Part shown: piece after piece, positions 9,217 through 19,665 of the stretch
Position numbering within the stretch: position 1 is the stretch's first letter
Layout: every line of letters starts with the position of its first letter
From: Patescibacteria group bacterium
GTDB lineage: Bacteria; Patescibacteriota; Patescibacteriia; Patescibacteriales; UBA12465
Assembly (NCBI GenBank): GCA_049317985.1
Contig: JBMOHF010000004.1
Span: 254-64,253 of the forward strand
Direction of reading: 5' to 3'
DNA: 64,000 bases
Made by a program: the position numbers and the translations under genes
Notes under the pieces: generated by a model
What the model saw: the letters and a program-made list of their open reading frames with translations, nothing else
Database searches by the model: none
What the model was told of the DNA's origin: nothing

Positions 9217-10064
9217 ATAAAATAAATAATAAATTAAAATCACTTTCCGTTTTAGTACCAATGTTACTAGTTTTTGGACTAATTTATTTTGGCTTAAATC
9301 TAGGATCAAAATTTTTCACGGTTTCAGCGGCAACCTCCACAAGTTTTCAAAAGGATAGTGACTACGATGGTTTGTCTGATCAAGTAGAAATAAATGTCTA
9401 TCACACCAACCCCTTGAAAACCGATACCGATGGTGATAGTTATCTCGATTCAGCCGAAGTCTTGGCTGGAAGTAATCCCCTTGACGCGAAGGACCCAGCC
9501 AGTAAGTTAACTGCGAATTCCTTGGTTAAACCGGTAATAAGTAGTACTCCTTGGTATATTGCTAGGGCGTCTGGTTTGGTGGCCTATGTATTAATGTTCC
9601 TAGTCGTGATTCTGGGGATTGGGATGACTACCGCATATATCTATAAATATATTAACCCAGTTAAAGCTTGGGTGATTCACAAATATTTGTCTTTGGTGCT
9701 TGGTGTTGCCCTAATTACTCATCTCACCGGGCTGTTCTTTGATAAATTTATCAATTTTAACTTAAAAGATATACTGATTCCTTTCGTCTCTGATTTTAAA
9801 CCGATATTTCTGAATTTTGGCATTTTTGCTTTCTACGTTTTATTAATTATCATTTTTACCTCTCTCTGGTTTAGATTGAAATACAAAAGAGTTTGGCGGG
9901 GGGTACATTATTTTGTTTATCTCTTATTCATTTTTTCTTTAATCCACGGCTTCTTTATCGGTAGTGATTCCAACACGGTTTTAGCGGCTGCGGTCTATTT
10001 GGTTACCGGTTTAATATTTTTTGGCTTGATGGGGTATCGTCTAGTTACTTATTTCAAGAGATAG
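9213..10064 (+). CDS. Ferric-reductase-like (NOX/FRE/MsrQ-type) bis-heme transmembrane protein with N-terminal Asp-rich repeats
   Basis: His pairs HKYLSLVLGVALITH (13 between) and HYFVYLLFIFSLIH (12 between) in TM helices. DSDYDGLSD/DTDGDSYLD repeats. ATGA overlap with the apbE stop. Confidence 0.7.
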   Translation: MNKINNKLKSLSVLVPMLLVFGLIYFGLNLGSKFFTVSAATSTSFQKDSDYDGLSDQVEINVYHTNPLKTDTDGDSYLDSAEVLAGSNPLDAKDPASKLTANSLVKPVISSTPWYIARASGLVAYVLMFLVVILGIGMTTAYIYKYINPVKAWVIHKYLSLVLGVALITHLTGLFFDKFINFNLKDILIPFVSDFKPIFLNFGIFAFYVLLIIIFTSLWFRLKYKRVWRGVHYFVYLLFIFSLIHGFFIGSDSNTVLAAAVYLVTGLIFFGLMGYRLVTYFKR

Positions 10065-10084
10065 ACCTTTTACCGAAAATATTA

Positions 10085-10113
10085 TTGACATATGTTAATT
10101 TATATTGTAAGTT
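10085..10113 (+). promoter_or_regulatory. Sigma70-type promoter (TTGACA-17-TAAGTT)
   Basis: The ORF-track TTG start at 10085 is the -35 hexamer itself. Confidence 0.6.
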
Positions 10114-10162
10114 AAAGCCTTCAAATATAGATGTGCTTATTAACAACCAAATACAATTAATC

Positions 10163-10654
10163 ATGGAACTAATTAGTGAAAAAGAACAAAATCAAAGAAT
10201 TTTAAAAATTGCTGCTCTTGACGGGAGCAAAACAATTTCGAAGTCTCCAAACATTTTTAGTGGACGGGTCGCTTTAAGCGTAAAAAATCATGGGCTTGTC
10301 CGAAGCATCATAACTGGTAGTACTATTTTGCGTGCTCACGCGTTACCTCTAGAAAAAAGTCTTTCGGCGGGCTTTATTGGCATAGATGCTAAAAAGAGTT
10401 TGGAAAAAAAATGGGTGACCCAAAATCAAATTGTTGAATTTTTCGAAAATCTGCCTTCCTGGGCAAGTGGTCGCGATATTCTATTAGGTTTTCTTTGTAA
10501 AAGAAAGGAAACTATGTTTGTGGATGAAAAATACCCAAGCGCCAATTATTTTATTATATATATTGACCCCGGGTCTCCCGGATTCCCGGTTTATGACTGC
10601 GAATTCACCTCAAGAGTCACTTGGAGCAAAATGCTGCTTATTATCCCTGATTAA
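10163..10654 (+). CDS. Hypothetical protein
   Basis: First ATG downstream of the predicted promoter (MELISEKEQ...). No recognisable motif. Confidence 0.5.
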   Translation: MELISEKEQNQRILKIAALDGSKTISKSPNIFSGRVALSVKNHGLVRSIITGSTILRAHALPLEKSLSAGFIGIDAKKSLEKKWVTQNQIVEFFENLPSWASGRDILLGFLCKRKETMFVDEKYPSANYFIIYIDPGSPGFPVYDCEFTSRVTWSKMLLIIPD

Positions 10655-10678
10655 CGAACTATTTTTAGACCATTATTC

Positions 10679-10725
10679 GCCCTCCTGGTAAATGAACAAT
10701 CATTTATATCCTGGAGGGCTTTTTT
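10679..10725 (+). terminator. Intrinsic terminator
   Basis: GCCCTCCTGG...CCTGGAGGGC stem (one mismatch) followed by TTTTTT. Confidence 0.75.
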
Positions 10726-10762
10726 ATTGTCGAAACGTTCAGTGAAAATTAGCGCCCCGGTA

Positions 10763-10791
10763 TTGACTTCTTTTTTCTATTTTGTTAAAGT
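10763..10791 (+). promoter_or_regulatory. Candidate str-operon promoter (TTGACT-17-TAAAGT)
   Basis: Hexamers with 17-nt spacing, about 110 nt upstream of rpsL. Confidence 0.5.
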
Positions 10792-10904
10792 AACAACAAA
10801 GAATAAAAAATATCCCTGAAATCAGAGGATTATTTTAAGATTAAATTATGAAAACGAATTTTTTTTAGAGTTCGTAATTTGTAGTTTGCTATCGGAATTT
10901 ATTT

Positions 10905-11342
10905 ATGCCAACAATCAACCAACTGGTCAAAAAAGGCCGCACTCCGAAAACTGGGCGAAAAAAATCACTGGCTCTTCATGTTAGCCTTGATTCTTTACAT
11001 CGCAAAAAGAAAGACGTTGCCAAAGGCGCTCCTTTTAAGCAAGGCGTTTGTTTGAAGGTAACCACTACTACCCCAAAAAAACCAAACTCCGCCCTTCGAA
11101 AGATTGCCAGAGTTCGTTTGTCTAACGGGATGGAAGTAACCGCTTATATTCCAGGAATGGGGCATAACTTGCAAGAACACTCCATCGTTTTAATTAAAGG
11201 TGGAAAAACCAAAGATCTTCCTGGTGTTCGCTACAAAATCGTTCGTGGTGTTTTTGACGCTTCTGGTGTTGAAGCTCGCCGTCAAGGTCGTAGTTGTTAT
11301 GGTGCCAAGCGTCCAAAAGCTGGTGCTGCCGCAAAAAAATAA
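10905..11342 (+). CDS. rpsL: 30S ribosomal protein S12
   Basis: [12 protein letters not shown]...[10 protein letters not shown]...VRYKIVRG. Confidence 0.97.
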   Translation: MPTINQLVKKGRTPKTGRKKSLALHVSLDSLHRKKKDVAKGAPFKQGVCLKVTTTTPKKPNSALRKIARVRLSNGMEVTAYIPGMGHNLQEHSIVLIKGGKTKDLPGVRYKIVRGVFDASGVEARRQGRSCYGAKRPKAGAAAKK

Positions 11343-11416
11343 TCATTTCGTTTTAATTTAGAATTTCTATATTAGCAGTGGATTGTGAAATAGCTGATAA
11401 TCCATAGCTCACATTT

Positions 11417-11884
11417 ATGAGAGGTAAACAAGCTCCAAAAAGAGATATCGAAGGTGACGCAAAATACAATGACAAAACAATTGCCAAGTTTATTAACTAT
11501 GTTATGGAACGTGGCAAGAAGAGTGTTGCTGAATCAATCGTTTACGACGCTTTCGAAATTATTAAACAAAAAACCAAACAAGACCCTCGCCATATTTTCA
11601 ACAAGGCTGTGAAAAAAGTTTCTCCTTTGGTTGAAGTGCGCGGTAAACGCGTTGGTGGTGCAAACTACCAAGTTCCATTTCAAGTTCGCGGCGAACGCCG
11701 TTATTTCTTGGGCTGTAACTGGGTGATTAATGCTGCACTGTCCCGCAAGGGGGCTGCAATGGCTGAAAAATTAGCTACTGAAATTCTTGATGCTAGCAAC
11801 GGCGAAGGAGCGGCAGTTAGAAAGCGTGAGGCAGTCCATAAAATGGCTGAATCCAATAAGGCTTTCGCCCATTTCTCCCGCTAG
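11417..11884 (+). CDS. rpsG: 30S ribosomal protein S7
   Basis: Typical S7 sequence (VEVRGKRVGGANYQVP). Confidence 0.95.
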   Translation: MRGKQAPKRDIEGDAKYNDKTIAKFINYVMERGKKSVAESIVYDAFEIIKQKTKQDPRHIFNKAVKKVSPLVEVRGKRVGGANYQVPFQVRGERRYFLGCNWVINAALSRKGAAMAEKLATEILDASNGEGAAVRKREAVHKMAESNKAFAHFSR

Positions 11885-12102
11885 TAAAAGGCTTCCATTT
11901 TTGGCGAAGTCCATCGTCAGAATCTGGTCGTGTGCGCTCACCGTATGTTTCATACGGCTCGCTTCACAACCAAATTCTTCCTCGACCTTCATCCAAAAAT
12001 GCAACCCTTATTTATTGGAAGGTTACATTTTCACCTCAAAATAAAATCCTAATTTTTTTAGGTTCTCATTTTTCACAATAATTTATTTTCTAATACATAT
12101 TT

Positions 12103-14184
12103 ATGCCTCGAGATTATTCTTTAGACAAGATCAGAAACATTGGTATCATGGCTCACATTGATGCCGGAAAAACTACTTTTACCGAACGTGTTTTATTTTA
12201 CACAGGTAAAAAGCATAAAATTGGTGAAGTGCACGAAGGTGCTGCCGAAATGGACTGGATGGAACAGGAAAAAGAACGTGGTATCACTATCACTTCTGCT
12301 GCCACCACATGTTTCTGGAAGGGAAATAAAATCAATATTATCGATACTCCTGGTCACGTAGACTTTACTGTTGAAGTAGAGCGTTCTTTGCGTGTTCTTG
12401 ATGGTGCGGTTGCTGTTTTCGATGGCCAAGCTGGCGTTGAACCACAATCTGAAACTGTTTGGCGTCAAGCTGATAAATATCATGTTCCACGCCTTTGTTT
12501 TGTAAACAAGATGGACAAGATGGGTGCTGATTTCTACATGAGCCTTGCTTCTATTCGTGATCGCTTGAGCCCAAAAGCAGTAGCTGCTCAGTTACCAATT
12601 GGCGCTGAAGATCATTTATTTGGTGTCGTTGATTTATTGGAACAAAAAGCCTACGAGTTCAAAGGTAATAATGGTGAAAATATCATTGAAATCCCTATTC
12701 CTGATGATTTGAAAGCTAATGTTGAAAAATATCGAGCCGAATTAGTTGAAAGAGCGGTTGAATGTGATGAGGAAGTCATGGAAAAATATTTGAACGGCGA
12801 AGAAATTGGTGTAGCCGAATTGAAGAAGGCTATTCACAAAGGAGTTATCGGCAACCATATTTACCCAGTTTTCTGTGGAACCGCCCTTCAAAATATCGGC
12901 GTTCAGTTGATGCTCGATGCGGTAAATGATTATTTACCATCACCACTTGAAACTCCGGAAATTGAAGGAATTGATGTCGATGATCCAGAAAAAACTTATA
13001 AAATTTTAGCTAACGACAATGAACCTTTTGCCGGTCTAGCCTTCAAAATCGCTACCGACCCATTCGTTGGAAAACTTTGTTTCGTTCGCGTTTACAGCGG
13101 CGTTTTGGCAGCTGGTTCCTACATTGTTAATTCAAAGACTGGGAATAAAGAACGTGTTGGTCGCTTAGTTCGTATGCATGCTAATCACCGTGAAGAAGTT
13201 AAGGAAGTTTACGCTGGTGATATCGCAGCCGTTATTGGTTTAAAGAACACAACGACTGGTAACACTTTGTGTGATGAATCACGCCAGATGTTTTTAGAAA
13301 ATATTGTCTTCCCAGAACCGGTTATCAAAATTGCTGTTGAACCAAAAACTAAGGCTGATCAAGAAAAAATGGGTGTTGCTTTGCAACGCTTAGCTGAAGA
13401 AGACCCAACTTTCCGCGTTGAAACTGACGAGGAAACAAATCAAGTTTTGATCTCTGGAATGGGCGAACTTCATCTTGATATCATCGTTGATCGTATGAAG
13501 CGTGAATTTGGTGTTGAAGCTAACGTTGGTAACCCTCAGGTTTCGTACCGTGAAACTATCACAAAAATTGCTGAAGCTGAACACAAATATATTAAACAAT
13601 CCGGTGGTAAAGGCCAGTATGGACATTGTTCCTTACGAGTTGAACCGCGGGAAACTGGTGAAGGGTATTTGTTCGTTGATGAAGTTAAGGGCGGAGTTAT
13701 TCCAAAAGAATATATTCCAGCGATTGAAAAAGGTGTTCGCGAAGCTCTTCAGAGCGGTGTGGTTGCCGGTTATCCAATCGTCGACGTGAAGGTTGCGGTT
13801 TACTATGGTTCCTATCACGAAGTTGACTCTTCCGAGCTCGCCTTTAAAATGGCCGGTATCTTTGCTTTCAAAGATGCTTGTCAGAAAGCTGGCGCTGTTC
13901 TCCTTGAACCAGTAATGAAAGTTGAAGTCTCAACCCCAGAAGATTACATGGGAAATATTATCGGTGATTTGAACTCCAAACGTGGACAGATTGAGGAGAT
14001 GAGCGACCGCCCTAACAAGATCAAGTTGATTCATGCTAAAGTGCCGCTTGCCGAAATGTTTGGTTATGCCACTTCACTTCGCTCAATGTCTCAGGGACGT
14101 GCTAATTATTCCATGGAATTTGCTAATTATAGTGAAGTGCCAAGAAATATCTTAGAAACGATTAAGACTAAAACCTCTAGATAA
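12103..14184 (+). CDS. fusA: Elongation factor G
   Basis: [21 protein letters not shown] GTPase motifs. 693 aa. Confidence 0.97.
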   Translation: MPRDYSLDKIRNIGIMAHIDAGKTTFTERVLFYTGKKHKIGEVHEGAAEMDWMEQEKERGITITSAATTCFWKGNKINIIDTPGHVDFTVEVERSLRVLDGAVAVFDGQAGVEPQSETVWRQADKYHVPRLCFVNKMDKMGADFYMSLASIRDRLSPKAVAAQLPIGAEDHLFGVVDLLEQKAYEFKGNNGENIIEIPIPDDLKANVEKYRAELVERAVECDEEVMEKYLNGEEIGVAELKKAIHKGVIGNHIYPVFCGTALQNIGVQLMLDAVNDYLPSPLETPEIEGIDVDDPEKTYKILANDNEPFAGLAFKIATDPFVGKLCFVRVYSGVLAAGSYIVNSKTGNKERVGRLVRMHANHREEVKEVYAGDIAAVIGLKNTTTGNTLCDESRQMFLENIVFPEPVIKIAVEPKTKADQEKMGVALQRLAEEDPTFRVETDEETNQVLISGMGELHLDIIVDRMKREFGVEANVGNPQVSYRETITKIAEAEHKYIKQSGGKGQYGHCSLRVEPRETGEGYLFVDEVKGGVIPKEYIPAIEKGVREALQSGVVAGYPIVDVKVAVYYGSYHEVDSSELAFKMAGIFAFKDACQKAGAVLLEPVMKVEVSTPEDYMGNIIGDLNSKRGQIEEMSDRPNKIKLIHAKVPLAEMFGYATSLRSMSQGRANYSMEFANYSEVPRNILETIKTKTSR

Positions 14185-14224
14185 GCTAACAAAGAAAACG
14201 CCATATTAACGAATTTTCAAATAT

Positions 14225-14599
14225 ATGGACGAGAATTTTCAGCGGATTATCCGCTTAATCAAAAAAACTGGCGATAAAATGGTATTTTTTGACAGTCAGC
14301 AACCAGAAAATTCTTTTGTGGTGTTATCGCTTGAGGCTTACGAAAGGGAATTAAATGGCGATAACCTAAAAAGCGAAACGCCGGTTAAACCCCTAGGTTT
14401 GACAGAAGGTGGCTTAACTGATAAAATAAATCGTGATTTGGCTGAATGGAAAAATCAGGAAAACACCCCCTATCTAGACGAAGAAACTGAAATTGGTAGT
14501 CAATTTTTTTCCCAAAGTCCGCCAAAATCGTCTGAAAAAGCAAAGAATTGGCAAATTCCTGGGGCCATTAAGCAGGCGGCCGAGGAAATAATTGAGTAG
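14225..14599 (+). CDS. Hypothetical protein inserted between fusA and tuf
   Basis: 124-aa ORF. The N-terminal VFFDSQQPENSFVVLSLEAYEREL weakly resembles a Phd/YefM-type fold. Confidence 0.5.
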   Translation: MDENFQRIIRLIKKTGDKMVFFDSQQPENSFVVLSLEAYERELNGDNLKSETPVKPLGLTEGGLTDKINRDLAEWKNQENTPYLDEETEIGSQFFSQSPPKSSEKAKNWQIPGAIKQAAEEIIE

Positions 14600-14688
14600 A
14601 GTTTTAAAATTTATAAATAATTAATTACTACGACTGGTTTCCTTAAGGAAAGAAACCTCATTAAGTTGGGGGTCGTAAAAATAAACAA

Positions 14689-15876
14689 ATGGCAGAAAAA
14701 TTTGACCGTTCGAAACCTCACGTTAACATTGGTACTATTGGCCACGTTGACCACGGGAAAACTACCTTGACCGCCGCAATGTTGGCAGTTTTTGGTGCTA
14801 ATGGAATGAGCGCTTCGAAAAAAGGCGTTAACGAAATTGACTCCGCTCCAGAAGAAAAAGCTCGTGGTATTACCATTGCTACTGCTCATGTTGAGTATGA
14901 ATCAGCAACTCGCCACTATGCCCACGTTGATTGTCCAGGACACGCTGACTATGTTAAGAACATGATCACTGGTGCTGCTCAAATGGATGGTGCTATTTTA
15001 GTAGTTTCTGCAACTGACGGCCCTATGCCACAGACTCGTGAACATATCTTACTTGCTAAACAAGTTGGTGTTCCTTACATCGTTGTTTTCTTGAACAAGT
15101 GTGATATGGTTGAGGACTTAGAACTTATTGACCTTGTTGAAGAAGAAGTTCGTGACCTCTTAAAGAAATGGGATTTCCCAGGAGACACTACTCCTATCAT
15201 TCGTGGTAGTGCTTTGAAGGCTTTAGAAAATCCAACTGGCCCTGATGCTGAACCAATCATGAAGTTGATGGAGGCTATTGATTCTTACATCCCAACTCCA
15301 GCTCGTGACGTTGATCATCCTTTCTTGATGCCAGTTGAAGATATTTTCTCAATTGAAGGTCGTGGTACTGTTGTTACTGGTAGAATTGAACGTGGTATTA
15401 TTAAAGTTGGTGAAGAAGTTGAAATCGTTGGTTTGATGGATACAAAGAAAACAACCGTTACTGGTGTTGAAATGTTCAATAAACAATTAGACCAAGGCCA
15501 AGCTGGCGATAACGCTGGTTTACTCCTTCGTGGTACTAAGAAAAATGAAATTGAACGTGGACAAGTTCTTTGCAAACCAGGAACAATCACTCCTCACTCT
15601 GAATTTGAAGCTGAAGTTTATATCTTAGGTAAAGATGAAGGTGGTCGTCACAAACCTTTCTTTAAGGGTTACAAACCACAATTCTATATCCGTACAACTG
15701 ATGTTACTGGTGAAATTGAATTGCCAGCAGGTGTAGAAATGGTGATGCCAGGAGATACAGCTAATTTGAAGATCAAATTGATCTCTCCGGTAGCCTTGGA
15801 AGAAAAACAGAGATTTGCTATTCGTGAAGGTGGTCGCACTGTCGGCGCCGGCGTGGTAACAAAAATCCAAAAGTAA
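14689..15876 (+). CDS. tuf: Elongation factor Tu
   Basis: [22 protein letters not shown]. 395 aa. Confidence 0.98.
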   Translation: MAEKFDRSKPHVNIGTIGHVDHGKTTLTAAMLAVFGANGMSASKKGVNEIDSAPEEKARGITIATAHVEYESATRHYAHVDCPGHADYVKNMITGAAQMDGAILVVSATDGPMPQTREHILLAKQVGVPYIVVFLNKCDMVEDLELIDLVEEEVRDLLKKWDFPGDTTPIIRGSALKALENPTGPDAEPIMKLMEAIDSYIPTPARDVDHPFLMPVEDIFSIEGRGTVVTGRIERGIIKVGEEVEIVGLMDTKKTTVTGVEMFNKQLDQGQAGDNAGLLLRGTKKNEIERGQVLCKPGTITPHSEFEAEVYILGKDEGGRHKPFFKGYKPQFYIRTTDVTGEIELPAGVEMVMPGDTANLKIKLISPVALEEKQRFAIREGGRTVGAGVVTKIQK

Positions 15877-15882
15877 TCACTT

Positions 15883-15931
15883 TAGCCCGCTTTCCGCTGA
15901 AAGTGTAAGGCGGGCTAGCTGTGTTTGTTTT
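15883..15931 (+). terminator. Hairpin plus T-rich tract after tuf (probably a partial terminator)
   Basis: TAGCCCGC...GCGGGCTA perfect 8-bp stem with inner CTTTC/GAAAG, then gctgtgtttgtttt. Confidence 0.55.
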
Positions 15932-15967
15932 AAATAAATAATATTTATAAACTAGTTCATTATTTCT

Positions 15968-16303
15968 ATGCCAGAGAAAAAAGAAGACAAAGAATTTAAG
16001 CAGAGAATCCGAATCAAAATCAAAGCTTTTGATCATAAAATCATTGATCAATCCACAAAGACTATCGTTGACACAATTGAAAGAAGCGATGCTCAGTTTT
16101 TTGGTCCAATCCCTTTGCCAACTGAAAAGAGAAAGTATACTGTTAATCGATCAACTTTTGTTCACAAAGACTCCCGTGACCAGTTCGAAATGCGTGTTCA
16201 CAAGAGGATTATTGACATCGTAGACCCATCCGCGAAGACTATTGAAGATTTAACTAATTTGAATCTTCCAGCAGGGGTTGACTTAGAGATTAAAATGCAG
16301 TAA
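15968..16303 (+). CDS. rpsJ: 30S ribosomal protein S10
   Basis: [16 protein letters not shown]...[12 protein letters not shown]. Confidence 0.95.
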   Translation: MPEKKEDKEFKQRIRIKIKAFDHKIIDQSTKTIVDTIERSDAQFFGPIPLPTEKRKYTVNRSTFVHKDSRDQFEMRVHKRIIDIVDPSAKTIEDLTNLNLPAGVDLEIKMQ

Positions 16304-16486
16304 AATAGTATTGTTAGATTAAAATTTTTAAGCGTCCGGAAATGACTCGCATAACTCCCCTAATATTACAGGAGAAAGTGTGCAAGTAGGATTCGTTTAC
16401 GCAATCGGAGGTAAAACCGCCAAACAATAAGAACTAAAAAATAAAGTATCCTGTTAGTATTCATTTTTTGATTTTTGTTTTTAAGG

Positions 16487-16507
16487 CTGGTTTCCGACCA
16501 GTTTTTT
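16487..16507 (+). promoter_or_regulatory. Terminator/attenuator-like hairpin plus U-tract, 6 nt upstream of the rplC start
   Basis: CTGGTttccgACCAG followed by TTTTTT. Flanking aagg/tttt could extend the stem. Confidence 0.4.
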
Positions 16508-16513
16508 ATTTAT

Positions 16514-17317
16514 ATGAAGTTTATCTTAGGAAAAAAGTTAACCATGACACAGATTTGGGAAGGTGACCGCGTAATTGCTGTGACTCCAGTTTCTGCTGGT
16601 CCATGTGTTGTTACTCAGGTCAAAAACGAAAAAAGCGACGGCTACACTGCCTTGCAAATTGGTTTTGGTTGGAGAAAGAATAAGAATATTGCCAAACCAC
16701 AGCTTGGTCATTTGAAAAATGCTAACGCTTTAGCCCCAGAAAAGCACAGTGTCAGAAATTTGAAAGAATTCAGGACCACCGATGTTTCTGCTGAAGTCGG
16801 AGATTTGATTCTCGCTAATATTTTTGAAAAGGGTGAAAAAATCAAAGTCACTGCTACTTCCAAGGGTAAAGGTTTTCAGGGCGTCGTCAAACGTCATCAC
16901 TTCCAAGGTGGAAGAAAGAGCCATGGTAACAAAGACCAACTTCGTATGCCTGGATCGATCGGTCCAAAAGGCCCAGCCCACGTTTTTAAAGGAACTAGAA
17001 TGGCTGGTCAAATGGGAAATGAACAAGTAACGATCACTAATTTATCCATTGCCGCTATCGATGAAGAGAAAGGAATTATCTATATTAAAGGTGCTATTCC
17101 CGGTCCAATTTCTGGTTTGATTTCAATCAAAGCTGAAGGTGAACTAAAATTGGTAAAAGAATTGCCAAAACCAGAAGAAGAAGTGAAGGTAATTGAAACC
17201 GAAGCTCCGGAAGTGGTTGAAGTAGTTGAAAATCCAATTGAAGAAACAGTTATTGAAGAAGTTGTCGCTATCGAGACCGAGGTCCCAGCTCCAGCTGATG
17301 AAGCGAAACAAGAATAA
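16514..17317 (+). CDS. rplC: 50S ribosomal protein L3 with acidic C-terminal extension
   Basis: MKFILGKKLTMTQIWE... Start moved to ATG 16514. E/V-rich tail. Confidence 0.93.
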   Translation: MKFILGKKLTMTQIWEGDRVIAVTPVSAGPCVVTQVKNEKSDGYTALQIGFGWRKNKNIAKPQLGHLKNANALAPEKHSVRNLKEFRTTDVSAEVGDLILANIFEKGEKIKVTATSKGKGFQGVVKRHHFQGGRKSHGNKDQLRMPGSIGPKGPAHVFKGTRMAGQMGNEQVTITNLSIAAIDEEKGIIYIKGAIPGPISGLISIKAEGELKLVKELPKPEEEVKVIETEAPEVVEVVENPIEETVIEEVVAIETEVPAPADEAKQE

Positions 17318-17374
17318 TATAAGACAGGCCCTGCCGTTTCAATGAAAATTGTCGGTTGCGCCATTACCTATAAG

Positions 17375-18019
17375 ATGAAAATCAAAGTCTATAATCAAAG
17401 TGCAAAAGAAGTCAGCGAATTAGAAGTTTCTGATAAGGTTTTTGGTTTGAAAGCCAATCCTGAATTGATTCACCAAGCGGTGATTGCTCAGATGTCTAAC
17501 GAAAGACAAGTTCTTGCTGACACAAAAGACCGCAGCGAAGTTCGTGGTGGTGGTAAAAAGCCTTGGAAACAAAAAGGAACTGGTCGCGCTCGCGTTGGTT
17601 CTAGCCGTTCTCCTTTGTGGCGTGGTGGTGGTGTTATTTTTGGACCAACCAGCGATCGCAACTTCAGCGTCAAGATTAACAAAAAAATGAAGCAAAAGGC
17701 TTTGTTAATGTCCATCTCAGACAAAGTCGCTAACGCTAGTTTCGTCGTTTTAGACAAAATTGAATTTCCAGAATTTAAAACAAAAGATTTTAATACTTTC
17801 TTAAGTGCCGTTGAAAAAGATGTTTTAGCTGTTGATCGTCGAAGTGTATTATTTGTTAATTCAAATAAAGACGAAAAAGTAAAATACTCTGGACGAAACC
17901 TAAAGGGCGTAGAAATCATCAATTTAGAAAACTTGAACATTCTCGACATCTTAAAATATCGCAATCTGATTATGACTGAAGACGCGGTAAGCAAGATTTC
18001 TGAGCAATACAGTAAATAA
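17375..18019 (+). CDS. rplD: 50S ribosomal protein L4
   Basis: RGGGKKPWKQKGTGRARVGSSRSPLWRGGG. Start moved to ATG 17375. Confidence 0.93.
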   Translation: MKIKVYNQSAKEVSELEVSDKVFGLKANPELIHQAVIAQMSNERQVLADTKDRSEVRGGGKKPWKQKGTGRARVGSSRSPLWRGGGVIFGPTSDRNFSVKINKKMKQKALLMSISDKVANASFVVLDKIEFPEFKTKDFNTFLSAVEKDVLAVDRRSVLFVNSNKDEKVKYSGRNLKGVEIINLENLNILDILKYRNLIMTEDAVSKISEQYSK

Positions 18020-18044
18020 TTATTGAAGCAGCATTATTAAACAT

Positions 18045-18461
18045 ATGGCTATAACTACCGAAAAGAAACCGGTCAAAAAACCGGTGGTAAAAAAAGAAGA
18101 GCAAGGTATGAAGGATTTGTATTCCGAAACCACTCCCGGAGCGAAAGCATCCAAAGTGAAAACCGGAGCAAAATCCCTAACTGCCTATCGGGTTTTAGTA
18201 AAACCGATGATTACTGAAAAGGCTGCTCATCTTGGCACTGAAAACAAATATGTTTTTATGGTTAGCCTCGATGCCAATAAAATTGAAGTTGCAAAAGCAG
18301 TTAACTCAGTCTATGGCGTAAAAGTTGAAAAAGTAAACTTGATCCGCTGTGAAGGAAAGGCTGTTGTTCGCGGTCGCGTTAAGGGGAAGAAAAAAGACTT
18401 CAAAAAAGCGATTGTTACTTTAGCAAAAGGTAGTAGTATCAGCATTTACGAAGGAGTCTAA
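18045..18461 (+). CDS. rplW: 50S ribosomal protein L23 with Lys-rich N-terminal extension
   Basis: Core is AYRVLVKPMITEKA... An alternative start at 18108 is possible. Confidence 0.85.
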   Translation: MAITTEKKPVKKPVVKKEEQGMKDLYSETTPGAKASKVKTGAKSLTAYRVLVKPMITEKAAHLGTENKYVFMVSLDANKIEVAKAVNSVYGVKVEKVNLIRCEGKAVVRGRVKGKKKDFKKAIVTLAKGSSISIYEGV

Positions 18462-18487
18462 TTGAAAATATTTTTTATTGAATACAT

Positions 18488-19324
18488 ATGGGAATTAAAA
18501 AAGTAAAACCGAATACCCCAGGACGACGCGAAGCTACTTTTGACGATTTCGCGGACGTGACTAGCCGTACTCCGGAAAAAAGCTTGCTGATTATCAAAAA
18601 GAAAACTGGTGGGCGCAATGCTCAGGGTAAAATTACAGTTCGTCACATTGGTGGCGGTGCCAAACAATTTATCCGAACAATTGATTTTAAACGTGAAAAA
18701 TTTGGTGTTCCAGCCAAAGTTGCAACGATTGAATATGATCCAGGTCGCGGTTCAAGAATTTGTTTATTGCATTATGCTGATGGCGAAAAACGCTATATCA
18801 TTATGCCTTTAGGGCTTAAAGTCGGTGATACGATTGTCAGTTCCAAAGAATTAATCGAAATCAAGACCGGTAATGCCATGCCTGTTCAATTTATTCCAGC
18901 TGGTATGCCAATCCACAATGTTGAATTAGAACCAGGTAAGGGAGCTCAAATCTGTCGTGGCGCTGGTAATGTAGTATTTGTGATGGGTGTTGAGGAAAAA
19001 TATGCTCAATTAAAAATGCCAAGTGGAGAAATTCGCTTAGTACGAAAAGAATGTTTGTGTACTGTTGGTCAGGTTAGTAATCCAGAAAAACGTCATATCA
19101 TTTTAGGAAAAGCCGGTCGCAGTCGTTTGATGGGTATTCGCCCAACCGTTCGTGGTACAGCGATGAATCCTGTTGATCACCCACATGGTGGTGGTGAAGG
19201 TAACCAATCTATTGGTTTACGTCATCCAAAAACTAAATGGGGTAAGCCAGCTTTGGGTGTTAAAACTCGAAAGAAACGCCGCTCCAATAAAATGATTGTT
19301 AAACGTCGCACTAAGAGAAAATAA
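18488..19324 (+). CDS. rplB: 50S ribosomal protein L2
   Basis: [16 protein letters not shown]...[13 protein letters not shown]. Confidence 0.97.
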   Translation: MGIKKVKPNTPGRREATFDDFADVTSRTPEKSLLIIKKKTGGRNAQGKITVRHIGGGAKQFIRTIDFKREKFGVPAKVATIEYDPGRGSRICLLHYADGEKRYIIMPLGLKVGDTIVSSKELIEIKTGNAMPVQFIPAGMPIHNVELEPGKGAQICRGAGNVVFVMGVEEKYAQLKMPSGEIRLVRKECLCTVGQVSNPEKRHIILGKAGRSRLMGIRPTVRGTAMNPVDHPHGGGEGNQSIGLRHPKTKWGKPALGVKTRKKRRSNKMIVKRRTKRK

Positions 19325-19350
19325 TTAATAAAATTCTCTCAAATAAATTT

Positions 19351-19638
19351 ATGTCAAGAAGTTTGAAAAAGGGACCATACGTAAATCCCCGCATCATCAA
19401 AAAAATCCAAGACGCCAAGCCAGGCGATAAAGCGGTCATCAAAGTTTGGGATCGGGCCTGTGCAATTACTCCTGCTATGGTTGGTTTCACTTTTGGTGTG
19501 CACAACGGGAAAATCCATATTCCAGTCTACGTTGTTGAAAATATGGTCGGTCATCGTTTGGGTGAATTTGCCGCTACCAAGAAATTTGTTACTCATGGTG
19601 GTAAAATGGCAAAAACTCAAGCTCAGGCCAAAAAGTAA
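19351..19638 (+). CDS. rpsS: 30S ribosomal protein S19
   Basis: [11 protein letters not shown]...[11 protein letters not shown]. Confidence 0.96.
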   Translation: MSRSLKKGPYVNPRIIKKIQDAKPGDKAVIKVWDRACAITPAMVGFTFGVHNGKIHIPVYVVENMVGHRLGEFAATKKFVTHGGKMAKTQAQAKK

Positions 19639-19665
19639 TCCCTTCTTATATTAATCAAGAATTCT

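Noticed and set aside
10085-10162. ORF-track starts at 10085, 27248, 55268 (plus strand) and 51368 (minus strand).
   Set aside because: In each case the TTG 'start codon' is the first three bases of a TTGACA/TTGTCT -35 hexamer, with a matching -10 box 17 nt downstream. I moved the starts to the first ATG after the predicted transcription start.
11771-12044. Track ORFs 11787-12044 (+) and 11771-12004 (-) in the rpsG-fusA spacer.
   Set aside because: Both overlap the 3' end of rpsG and have no recognisable motifs. I report the spacer as a non-coding curiosity instead.
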